A stretch of DNA of 63,561 nucleotides, counting the filler. It is 7 parts of 7 records of this genome, joined end to end, with 100 filler letters (N's around TTAATTAATTAA, not from the genome) between each part and the next. Parts side by side here need not be neighbours in the genome. Positions count along the whole stretch, not along the records: positions 49,437 to 63,561 come from SRR20825010_1285; 6 more parts are not named here. One strand, given 5' to 3'. The position numbers and the translations under genes are program-made. Below are positions 55,397 through 63,561 of the stretch, in pieces. Each line of letters opens with the position of its first letter. Positions within the stretch are counted from its first letter, which is position 1. The notes under the pieces are model-generated. The model was given only the letters and a program-made list of their open reading frames with translations, searched no databases and was not told the origin of the DNA.

Positions 55397-56217
55397 CAAT
55401 ACTCCTCGACATGCTTGTGTTTCAGTATGGCGCACCGACCGTTTTCGGGGCGCGCCGGGTAGTCACGGGAAGCTCCCACTGCGCCCCGTCCTGGCAAGGC
55501 AATGACTTTCTGCCCCTGCCAGGCTGGTCTCCGTTGTAACCTGGAGTAAACGCGTTTTTTGGCAAGGATACAGTAATAAGCCCCCACCGGCAGGAAACGG
55601 TTGCCGCACACCCTTTCCATCAGGCCCCTGCGCTCTGCGAGTGCCGCCCGCTGAAGCGGAACCTGGAAAAACGAGGAGCCCGAGGACTCCACAGAAAAGT
55701 CCAGTAGCCGGAGCCAGTCCTCCATGCGTCCCTTCATCAGAAAACGACCACCCCAGGGGCCTTCATGGTGCCTGGAAACCAGTTTCCTCGCGCCCCAAAG
55801 GCTAAACGGGTTAAACCCGATCAGCACCATCATGCCCTCCCCCCTAAGCACCCTGGAGGCCTCTCGCAAAGCCTGGTGGGGATGCGGCGAAAAATCCGCC
55901 GTGTGGTGGAGAATCACCAGGTCCATGGAGTCACCGGGAAAGGGCAACTCATCGGCATCGCAGACCGCCACACCGTCGGGAATGGAAGACTGCCAGTTCG
56001 GCGTCGTCAGAACACGTTGGGCAAAATCCGTCCCACTGGCCAGTGGCAGGCGATGACTGACGGCAACCTGCAACTGTCTCGCACCGGAGAGGGCGCGAAC
56101 ATGGCGCTCAACGCAGGCGCGCTGGTCAGCCAGCAGTGAACGGCCCAGGGGCGTCTGGAACCAGCTCTCGAAGCTGTCATGTCGGGCGGGATAGTCAACG
56201 TCACCTGTTGGGCTCAT
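55396..56217 (-). CDS. yafS: Class I SAM methyltransferase-like protein (YafS)
   Basis: Motifs WFQTPLG, LPF..S.DLVIL.H and GFNPFSLWG. Conserved gloB-yafS-rnhA synteny. Confidence 0.85.
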   Translation of the reverse strand: MSPTGDVDYPARHDSFESWFQTPLGRSLLADQRACVERHVRALSGARQLQVAVSHRLPLASGTDFAQRVLTTPNWQSSIPDGVAVCDADELPFPGDSMDLVILHHTADFSPHPHQALREASRVLRGEGMMVLIGFNPFSLWGARKLVSRHHEGPWGGRFLMKGRMEDWLRLLDFSVESSGSSFFQVPLQRAALAERRGLMERVCGNRFLPVGAYYCILAKKRVYSRLQRRPAWQGQKVIALPGRGAVGASRDYPARPENGRCAILKHKHVEEY

Positions 56218-56310
56218 TGCTGCGTTCCCCTGGTTCGTTTCTCCGGTGTTGGGGCACCGGGATTAATACTCTATGATAACAGTCACACTCGTATCGCACA
56301 TGTGGAGCCT

Positions 56311-57105
56311 ATGCTGACCATTAACGCTATTCCAGCCTTCAATGACAACTACATCTGGTGCCTGTCCAACAGTGAGGACCGTAAGGCATTGATCGTGGAC
56401 CCCGGGCAGGCGGAGCCGGTCATCGAGTTCCTGGCAGACAACGGACTGGAACTGGACACCATCCTGGTGACCCACCACCACCCTGACCATGTTGGCGGCG
56501 TGAGCAAACTCGCCGGAACAGTATCCGACTGCAGAATCATCGGCCCGGCGAATTCTCCCTTCAAGGGCGCCACCAGTGAAGTGCACCCCGGGGATGACGT
56601 GGTCTGGCAACAGCTCACATTCAGTGTCCTTGGTGTTCCCGGGCACACTCTCGACCACATTGCCTATTATACCGACGTTCATGTCAACGACCGTCCGGTC
56701 CTGTTTTGTGGCGATACCCTGTTTGTGTGCGGTTGTGGACGCCTGTTTGAAGGGTCTCCGGAGCAAATGAAACGCTCGCTGGAAAGCCTTAGGGGCCTGC
56801 CAGACGACACAGCCGTGTATTGCGCCCACGAATACACACTAGCCAACCTTAAGTTCGCCCGTCATTGGCTACCTGATGACGAGCCGCTCAGGGATTTCGA
56901 AGCCCGCTGCCAGAAACGTCGCGACGATGGCATGCCCACCGTTCCATCCATCCTTGGTGAGGAAAAGCAACTTAACCCTTTCCTGCGCTGGGACGACAAG
57001 GCGGTCATCGAAGCTGCGCACCAATACGCTCAGAAAGCGGGCCTGGCCGTCGAATCGGACAACGACGTGTTCGCAGCCACAAGGCACGGCAAAGACACAT
57101 TCTAA
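56311..57105 (+). CDS. gloB: Hydroxyacylglutathione hydrolase (glyoxalase II)
   Basis: Motifs [38 protein letters not shown] and NPFLR. Confidence 0.96.
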   Translation: MLTINAIPAFNDNYIWCLSNSEDRKALIVDPGQAEPVIEFLADNGLELDTILVTHHHPDHVGGVSKLAGTVSDCRIIGPANSPFKGATSEVHPGDDVVWQQLTFSVLGVPGHTLDHIAYYTDVHVNDRPVLFCGDTLFVCGCGRLFEGSPEQMKRSLESLRGLPDDTAVYCAHEYTLANLKFARHWLPDDEPLRDFEARCQKRRDDGMPTVPSILGEEKQLNPFLRWDDKAVIEAAHQYAQKAGLAVESDNDVFAATRHGKDTF

Positions 57106-57135
57106 AGGACACGTTCTAAAGGATACGCTCAGAGG
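57094..57135 (+). repeat. 14-nt tandem repeat overlapping the gloB stop
   Basis: GACACATTCTAAAG / GACACGTTCTAAAG / GATACGCTCAGAGG. Confidence 0.6.
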
Positions 57136-57174
57136 CGGGTAACAATTTCTATCAATGACGTAACGCGAGTCTTG

Positions 57175-57204
57175 TTGACCCCCCGAAAAGCCTTCCAATA
57201 GAAT
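57175..57204 (+). promoter_or_regulatory. Putative sigma70 promoter of mltD
   Basis: TTGACC-N18-TAGAAT. Confidence 0.45.
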
Positions 57205-57292
57205 CCGTGAAACTTTTGTGTCATAACTCATTAAATATGCCGGGTTTTCATACAGTTCACCCCGGCGTCGACCAGCCACCGGAAGTAGTCAT

Positions 57293-59017
57293 ATGACGGT
57301 CTCGCGATTTTCCACCCTGTTTCTCCTTGGCGCACTTGCCAGTGGCTGCAGCGCTCTTGATCCTTTCTCAGAGTCTCCATCAAGTGACGTACTGGCCTCA
57401 GAAAAACTGACCGTGGCCGCCGGTGACGATGAACTTAAAGAAGCGATTGAGTCCTCGCCTGGTGACGAATCAACCGGCCGCGCGTCCCGGACGAAGCTCG
57501 ACGACGCCATCGACCCAACGCTCAAGAAAACCGCGGAAGACGCCAGGGAAAAGCTGGACGATCCTGACCAGAAGATCGCGGAAGAGAATGACGCCACACC
57601 GGACCTGTGGCACCGCCTGCGGGCAGGCTTCGCGCTGGATCACGATGCCAGCGAACCCAGGGTCCAGGCGCAACTGAACTGGTACAAAAAGCACCCGCGC
57701 TACATTGACCGAGTCGTCGATCGTGGCAGCCGCTACCTGCACTATATTGTTTCCGAAGCCGAGAAACGCGGGCTGCCCACGGAACTGGCCCTGCTGCCCG
57801 TGGTGGAGAGCGCCTTCGATCCGTTTGCGTACTCCCACGGTCGTGCTGCCGGCCTGTGGCAATTCATTCCTTCCACGGGTAAGTATTTTGGCCTGACCCA
57901 AAGCTGGTGGCATGACGATCGCCGCGACATCATTGCTGCCACCGACGCGGCGCTGACGTACCTTGACCGACTGGCAACGCGATTTGACGGCGACTACATG
58001 CTGGCACTTGCAGCTTATAACAGTGGTGGGGGCACGGTTTCCAGCGCCATGCGCCGCAATCGCAAGCGCAATCAACCAACGGATTACTGGTCTCTGGACC
58101 TACCCCGCGAGACCCGCCATTACGTCCCCAAACTGATCGCCCTGGCGAAGATCTTCGATGACCCGCAGGCTTACGGTATTGAACTGCCCCCGCTGGACGA
58201 CGAGCCCTACTTTGAAATCGTGGACACCGGTTCGCAGCTTGATCTGGCCCAGGCAGCGGAACTCGCCGGTGTCGATATCGACGAGATTTACCTGCTCAAC
58301 CCCTCGTACAATCGCTGGGCGACATCACCGGATGGCCCCCACCGTCTGCTAGTTCCCCGCGACCATGCTGAAACCTTCGCGACGGCCCTCAAGGGCATGG
58401 ATCCGGCGAAGCGCGTTTCCTGGCGGAATTACAAGGTGGAATCCGGCGACACCCTGAGCACCATTGCCAAACGTTATTCCACCACACCCTCGGTGATACA
58501 GCAGGTCAACAACCTCGACAGTCACATCATCCGCATTGGCCAACGGCTGGTGATTCCCTCAGCTGCCGAACAGGCGGGCACCTATTCCCTGAGTGCCAGT
58601 GAACGACTCGCCAGAAAGCAGGAACGGAGCGGCAAGAACACCAATGGCACTCGGGTTGACTACAAGGTTCGCTCCGGGGACACCTTCTGGGATATTGCCC
58701 GCGAGCATCGGGTGTCCGTCCGCCAGCTGGCGTCCTGGAATGGCATGGCACCTGGTGATCCACTGATGCCCGGCAAGAAACTCGTCATCTGGTCCAAGTC
58801 GAAACAACCCGCCATGCTGGCCAGCACCAATCGTGGCAAAGGCATGGTACGCAAGGTGGGCTATCAAGTCCGCAAAGGGGATTCCCTGTCGACCATCGCC
58901 AGCCGGTTTGCGGTTAATGTGAGAGACATCGCAAGCTGGAACGACCTCAACACCTCACGTTATCTTCAGCCCGGGCAAAGTCTGGTACTCTATGTCGACA
59001 TAAGAAACAGCCCCTGA
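57293..59017 (+). CDS. mltD: Membrane-bound lytic murein transglycosylase D (SLT + 3 LysM)
   Basis: Lipobox ASGC, LPVVESAF, AAGLWQFIP, AAYNSG, ETRHYVPKL and three LysM repeats. Confidence 0.93.
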   Translation: MTVSRFSTLFLLGALASGCSALDPFSESPSSDVLASEKLTVAAGDDELKEAIESSPGDESTGRASRTKLDDAIDPTLKKTAEDAREKLDDPDQKIAEENDATPDLWHRLRAGFALDHDASEPRVQAQLNWYKKHPRYIDRVVDRGSRYLHYIVSEAEKRGLPTELALLPVVESAFDPFAYSHGRAAGLWQFIPSTGKYFGLTQSWWHDDRRDIIAATDAALTYLDRLATRFDGDYMLALAAYNSGGGTVSSAMRRNRKRNQPTDYWSLDLPRETRHYVPKLIALAKIFDDPQAYGIELPPLDDEPYFEIVDTGSQLDLAQAAELAGVDIDEIYLLNPSYNRWATSPDGPHRLLVPRDHAETFATALKGMDPAKRVSWRNYKVESGDTLSTIAKRYSTTPSVIQQVNNLDSHIIRIGQRLVIPSAAEQAGTYSLSASERLARKQERSGKNTNGTRVDYKVRSGDTFWDIAREHRVSVRQLASWNGMAPGDPLMPGKKLVIWSKSKQPAMLASTNRGKGMVRKVGYQVRKGDSLSTIASRFAVNVRDIASWNDLNTSRYLQPGQSLVLYVDIRNSP

Positions 59018-59042
59018 GTCTGAACCGAAACGTGCGAGATCT

Positions 59043-60866
59043 ATGACAAGAACACGGAAAGCCTCATCCCTCATCAGTGTTTTGACCGTTACCGCCATGG
59101 TTCTCCTCCCATGGCAATCAGCTTCAGCCGAGCCGGACGCACGTCACGGCATCGCCATGCACGGCGACCCCCAATACGACGAAGGCTTCCCGCACTTTGA
59201 CTACGTTAACCCCGGGGCGCCCAAGGGCGGCGTCCTTCGAATGGCCGTGGTGGCCAATGGATTCGACACCTTTAACCCTTTCGTTATTCGCGGTGTAGCC
59301 GCGGCGGGTATTAACACATACCTATACGATACGCTGATGGAACCGTCGGCGGACGAACCCTTTTCCGCGTATGGCCTGATTGCCGAGTCTATTGAAACCC
59401 CGGAAGACCGCAGTTACGTTACCTTTCATCTGCGTGATGAAGCCCGGTTCCAGGATGGTAACCCCATTACCGCGAAGGACGTGAAGTTTTCGTTCGATGT
59501 TCTGACCACCAAAGGCCATCCTTTCTATCGCAACTATTATGCAGACGTGTCCGAGGTAATCATCGAAGATGAGCGGACTATCCGCTTCGAGTTTGGTGAC
59601 ACCAACAACCGTGAACTGCCACTGATTCTTGGCCAACTGCCCGTTCTTCCAAGTCATTACTGGAAAGATCGTGAATTTGGCGACAACGGTCTGACACCGC
59701 CCGTTGGTAGCGGTCCGTATCGCATTGGCGACTTCGAGGCGGGCCGCTCCATCACCTTCAAACGGGTGGACGATTACTGGGCCAGGAACATCGGAGTGCG
59801 AAAAGGGCGGTATAACTTCGATGAAATTCACTATGACTACTACAAGGATGACACCGTCGCCCTGGAGTCCTTCCGTGCCGGTAATTTCGATTTTCGGGTA
59901 GAGTCCTCGGCCAAGAACTGGGCCACCGCCTACACCGGTAACCAGTTTGACTCCGGCAAGGTTAAAACTGAAGCCGTAGAACATGGCCGCCCTGCCGGCA
60001 TGCAGGCGTTCGCGATGAACACCCGCCGCCAGGTATTCAGCGACCCTCGTGTACGGGAAGCGCTGGCTTACGCGTTTGACTTTGAATGGGCCAACAAAAA
60101 TCTATTCTTCGGGCAATACACCCGTACCTCAAGCTACTTCGAGAACAGCGAGCTGGCGTCATCAGGACTGCCCGAAGGCCGCGAACTGGAGATCCTTGAG
60201 CCTTACCGCGATCAATTGCCCGACGATGTATTCAATGAAGAGTATCAACCCCCTTCGACGGCGGGTAAAGGTGGGCTTCGCGATAACTTCCGTACCGCCC
60301 TGACGTTGTTACGGGAGGCCGGCTATGAGGTCAGGGATGGCACCATGGTGAACCGGGAAACCGGTAATCCCCTGGCCTTCGAGATCCTGATCTTTCAGAA
60401 AACCTTTGAAAGGGTGGTGCTGCCCTTCAAGAACAACCTCGAAAGACTCGGCATTGATGTGTCCGTACGCCTGGTGGATACCAACCAGTACATCCAGCGC
60501 CTTCGTGAGTTCGACTACGACATGACCGTCCAGGGCATCGGCCAGTCCGACTCTCCTGGCAATGAGCAGCGGGAGTACTGGCATTCCTCCAATGTCGATG
60601 TGAAGGGCTCGCGCAACTATATGGGGGTGGATAGCCCGGTGGTGGATGAATTGGTCAACCTGGTCATCCAGGCGCCTACCCGGGAGGAGCTTGTTCATCG
60701 TACGCGGGCGCTGGACCGTGTGCTGCTGCATGGACACTACGTGATTCCAAACTGGTACCTGGCCAAGGATCGGATCGCCTACTGGTCGTTCCTTCAACGG
60801 CCGGAGACGGTTCCCAAAAACGGTGTGGACATCAACAACTGGTGGGTAAAAAGCACTGACCAATGA
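59043..60866 (+). CDS. yejA: YejA/NppA-like peptide ABC transporter substrate-binding protein
   Basis: Motifs HGIAMHG.P.Y...F.HFDYVNP.APKGG, YGLIAE, FDFEWAN and SPGNEQ. Confidence 0.9.
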   Translation: MTRTRKASSLISVLTVTAMVLLPWQSASAEPDARHGIAMHGDPQYDEGFPHFDYVNPGAPKGGVLRMAVVANGFDTFNPFVIRGVAAAGINTYLYDTLMEPSADEPFSAYGLIAESIETPEDRSYVTFHLRDEARFQDGNPITAKDVKFSFDVLTTKGHPFYRNYYADVSEVIIEDERTIRFEFGDTNNRELPLILGQLPVLPSHYWKDREFGDNGLTPPVGSGPYRIGDFEAGRSITFKRVDDYWARNIGVRKGRYNFDEIHYDYYKDDTVALESFRAGNFDFRVESSAKNWATAYTGNQFDSGKVKTEAVEHGRPAGMQAFAMNTRRQVFSDPRVREALAYAFDFEWANKNLFFGQYTRTSSYFENSELASSGLPEGRELEILEPYRDQLPDDVFNEEYQPPSTAGKGGLRDNFRTALTLLREAGYEVRDGTMVNRETGNPLAFEILIFQKTFERVVLPFKNNLERLGIDVSVRLVDTNQYIQRLREFDYDMTVQGIGQSDSPGNEQREYWHSSNVDVKGSRNYMGVDSPVVDELVNLVIQAPTREELVHRTRALDRVLLHGHYVIPNWYLAKDRIAYWSFLQRPETVPKNGVDINNWWVKSTDQ

Positions 60867-60904
60867 CGCAGATCTCTGATACAACTTTGACGGAGTTCCG
60901 CTGA

Positions 60905-61990
60905 ATGGGCAGTTATATCCTCAGGCGCCTTGCGCTGATAATCCCCACCCTCCTCGGGATCATGCTGCTCAATTTCGTCATTGTTCAGGCCGCCCCTGGC
61001 GGTCCCGTTGAGCAGTTGATTGCGGAAACCGAGGGGCACGGTGGTAGCGCCCTTTCCCGGGCCAGCGGCGGTGGTGCCGGCGGCGAGGTTACCTCCTCAA
61101 GTGGCGACAGCCGCGGCTCCCGTGGCCTGCCGGAAGAGCTGCTCAAAGAAATAGAGGTTATGTACGGCTTCGACAAGCCGGCCCACGAGCGATTCCTGAA
61201 GATGCTCGGGGATTACGCCACCTTTGATTTTGGCGAGTCCTTTTTTAGGGACCGCTCGGTGATCGAACTGATTCTGGACAAGATGCCGGTGTCCATCTCC
61301 CTGGGGTTGTGGTCCACCCTGATCATCTACCTGATCTCGATCCCCCTCGGCATCCGCAAGGCGGTCACCGACGGATCGCGATTCGACGTCTGGAGCAGTT
61401 CTGCCATCGTGGTGGGTTACGCCATACCAGGCTTCCTGTTTGCGATACTGTTGATCGTCCTGTTCGCAGGGGGCAGTTATCTGGACTGGTTTCCGCTGCG
61501 GGGGCTGACGTCGTCCAATTTCGATGAACTTACCTGGTACCAGAAAATCGGAGATTACTTCTGGCACCTCGCATTGCCTGTAACGGCCAATGTCATCGGT
61601 GGCTTTGCCACCCTCACCCTGCTGACCAAGAACTCTTTCCTCGATGAGATCAGCAAGCAGTATGTGGTGACCGCCAGGGCCAAGGGTCTGGAAGAGAAAC
61701 AGGTGCTTTACGGGCATGTGTTCCGCAACGCCATGCTCATCGTCATTGCCAGCCTTCCCGGCGTGCTTGTGTCGCTATTCTTCACCGGCTCATTGCTGAT
61801 TGAAGTGATCTTCTCCCTGGATGGCCTGGGATTACTGGGCTTTGAGGCTGCGTTGAACCGGGATTATCCGGTGATATTCGGCACCCTCTATATCTTCACG
61901 CTGATGGGATTGGTACTGAAGCTGATCAGCGATATCACTTACGTTCTGGTGGATCCCCGCATCGATTTCGAAAGCCGGGAGGGATCGTAG
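60905..61990 (+). CDS. yejB: Microcin C/peptide ABC permease YejB
   Basis: Motifs [24 protein letters not shown] and TARAKGL. Confidence 0.93.
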   Translation: MGSYILRRLALIIPTLLGIMLLNFVIVQAAPGGPVEQLIAETEGHGGSALSRASGGGAGGEVTSSSGDSRGSRGLPEELLKEIEVMYGFDKPAHERFLKMLGDYATFDFGESFFRDRSVIELILDKMPVSISLGLWSTLIIYLISIPLGIRKAVTDGSRFDVWSSSAIVVGYAIPGFLFAILLIVLFAGGSYLDWFPLRGLTSSNFDELTWYQKIGDYFWHLALPVTANVIGGFATLTLLTKNSFLDEISKQYVVTARAKGLEEKQVLYGHVFRNAMLIVIASLPGVLVSLFFTGSLLIEVIFSLDGLGLLGFEAALNRDYPVIFGTLYIFTLMGLVLKLISDITYVLVDPRIDFESREGS

Positions 61991-61992
61991 GT

Positions 61993-63015
61993 ATGGTGAC
62001 GCTCTCTCCCATCCAGCAACGGCGACTGCGCAACTTCCGCAATAACCGTCGTGGCTTCTGGTCCCTGTGGATCTTCCTGGCCCTCTTTGGGCTCTCGCTT
62101 ATCGCCGAGGTGATTGCGAATGACGTGCCACTGGTCGCCTACTACAAAGGGGATGTTTACTTTCCGATCGTGGAAAGTGTACCCGAGGAGACGTTCGGCG
62201 GGTTTCTGCCCACCGAAGCCGACTACCGCGATTCGTTTATCGCCGATGAAATCGAGGCAAATGGCTGGATGATCTGGCCCCCCATTCGTTTTAGCTACAA
62301 CACCACGAACTATAACCTTGAGGTACCATCTCCGGCCCCACCCAGCACTGAAAACTGGATCGGCACCGATGACCAGGGCCGGGATGTGGCTGCGCGGGTG
62401 ATTTACGGGTTCCGCATTTCCGTCCTGTTCGGGCTTGTGCTGACCATTCTCAGCTGCATCGTGGGCGTGGTTGTGGGTGCTATCCAGGGCTACTACGGTG
62501 GTAAGGTTGATCTGCTGGGGCAGCGGTTTATCGAAGTCTGGTCAGGGCTTCCGGTGCTCTACCTGCTGATTATTCTGTCCAGCATCGTGCAACCTAATTT
62601 CTGGTGGCTGCTGGGCATCATGCTGTTGTTCAGTTGGATGGGGCTGGTGGATGTGGTTCGCGCGGAATTCCTGCGCGCCCGCAATTTCGAATACGTTAAG
62701 GCCGCGAGAGCCCTGGGTCTGGGCAACCGCAAGATCATGTTCCGCCATATCCTGCCCAACGCGATGGTGGCCACCCTCACCTTTCTACCGTTCATCCTGA
62801 CCGGTGCCATAACCGGCCTGACGTCACTGGACTTCCTGGGATTTGGCCTACCGTCCGGGTCACCCTCACTGGGTGAGCTGATCGCCCAGGGTAAATCCAA
62901 CCTCCATGCCCCGTGGCTGGGTATATCGGCGTTTGTGTCCCTGTCCATCATGTTGACGCTGCTGGTGTTTGTCGGTGAAGCCGTCCGTGATGCCTTCGAT
63001 CCGAGAAAGAACTGA
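61993..63015 (+). CDS. yejE: Peptide ABC permease YejE
   Basis: Motifs RRGFWSL, GTDDQGRDV.AR.IYGFR, RAEFLRARN and AVRDAFDP. Confidence 0.92.
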   Translation: MVTLSPIQQRRLRNFRNNRRGFWSLWIFLALFGLSLIAEVIANDVPLVAYYKGDVYFPIVESVPEETFGGFLPTEADYRDSFIADEIEANGWMIWPPIRFSYNTTNYNLEVPSPAPPSTENWIGTDDQGRDVAARVIYGFRISVLFGLVLTILSCIVGVVVGAIQGYYGGKVDLLGQRFIEVWSGLPVLYLLIILSSIVQPNFWWLLGIMLLFSWMGLVDVVRAEFLRARNFEYVKAARALGLGNRKIMFRHILPNAMVATLTFLPFILTGAITGLTSLDFLGFGLPSGSPSLGELIAQGKSNLHAPWLGISAFVSLSIMLTLLVFVGEAVRDAFDPRKN

Positions 63016-63016
63016 T

Positions 63017-63561
63017 ATGTCGCAACTGCTGGAAATCCGGGATCTGTCCATACGTTTTGACGACACCATTCAGGCCGTGGATCGATTGTCGCTGAGTATC
63101 GACAATGGTGAAACCGTCGCCCTGGTGGGAGAAAGCGGCTCCGGGAAATCCGTATCCGCCCTGTCCATCCTCCGACTGCTCGACGAACGCCACGCCAGTT
63201 ATCCCTCAGGTGCGATCCTGTTCCAGGGAGAGGACATGCTGAAGGCCAGCCAGAAACGCCTTCGACAGATCCGCGGACGTCACGTCAGCATGATTTTCCA
63301 GGAGCCAATGACCTCGCTCAATCCATTGCACACGGTGGAAAAGCAGATCAGCGAAACCCTGGCACTGCACAAGGGGATGCGTGGCCCACAGGCTCGTGCT
63401 CGTTGCGTGGAACTATTGGATCTGGTCGGCATCCCCTCGCCTGAAGAGCGCCTGACGAGCTACCCTCATCAGCTCTCCGGCGGCCAGAAGCAGCGCGTAA
63501 TGATTGCCATGGCCCTCGCCAACGAGCCGGACCTGCTGATCGCGGACGAGCCGACAACGGC
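63017..63561 (+). CDS. yejF: Peptide ABC ATP-binding protein YejF (3' beyond window)
   Basis: Manual translation: [42 protein letters not shown] and LIADEPT. Confidence 0.92.
   Translation, partial: MSQLLEIRDLSIRFDDTIQAVDRLSLSIDNGETVALVGESGSGKSVSALSILRLLDERHASYPSGAILFQGEDMLKASQKRLRQIRGRHVSMIFQEPMTSLNPLHTVEKQISETLALHKGMRGPQARARCVELLDLVGIPSPEERLTSYPHQLSGGQKQRVMIAMALANEPDLLIADEPTT

Noticed and set aside
1..63561. CRISPR arrays, tRNA/rRNA genes, transposases, integrases, prophage or defence systems
   Set aside because: No regularly spaced repeats, cloverleafs or corresponding protein motifs were seen in any contig.

Overview
This window is not one locus. It is seven unrelated bacterial contigs joined by identical 100-nt artificial linkers (44 N + TTAATTAATTAA + 44 N), so gene neighbourhoods only mean something within a contig. 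Taxonomy below is inferred from gene content and protein style. (1) 1-5056, alphaproteobacterial-like: a low-GC FkbM-like gene fragment, two GlfT1-like GT2 glycosyltransferases, a family-5 ABC substrate-binding protein and DUF917. (2) 5157-10656, alphaproteobacterial: MmgE/PrpD, rlpA-dacA-tmk and an M23 peptidase. (3) 10757-17664, Phycisphaerae-like planctomycete: murE-murF-mraY converging on a coupled trio containing a prenyltransferase/squalene-oxidase-repeat protein. (4) 17765-24133, gammaproteobacterial (Alcanivorax-like): a complete Mrp/Pha Na+(K+)/H+ antiporter operon. (5) 24234-28989, Rhizobiales-like cobalamin region: cobO, EamA, TauE/CobV, two TerB-fold genes, DUF6732-like and cbiX. 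(6) 29090-49336, Pirellulaceae-like planctomycete: DUF4254, ilvC, ilvN, scpA, tRNase Z-like, hemW, PAS-AraC, a Tat beta-propeller, a DUF1553/PSD1 cytochrome, DUF1501, an NDH-like flavoprotein with cydAB, a flagellin-derived repeat protein and DJ-1. (7) 49437-63561, Marinobacter-like: acuI, sohB, SCP2, fimL, dnaQ, rnhA, yafS, gloB, mltD and yejABEF. Most coding content is housekeeping. The best leads are a candidate sigmaE-driven sRNA with repeated C-rich loops, a long strand-specific stem-loop inside the mrp operon, a variant or decayed cobalamin riboswitch, an orphan flagellin-like protein with nested (A4-B4) repeats that lacks the D0 termini, and mycobacterial-type Galf transferases in a proteobacterial-looking contig. 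All family calls come from motif recognition by eye; no database search was run.
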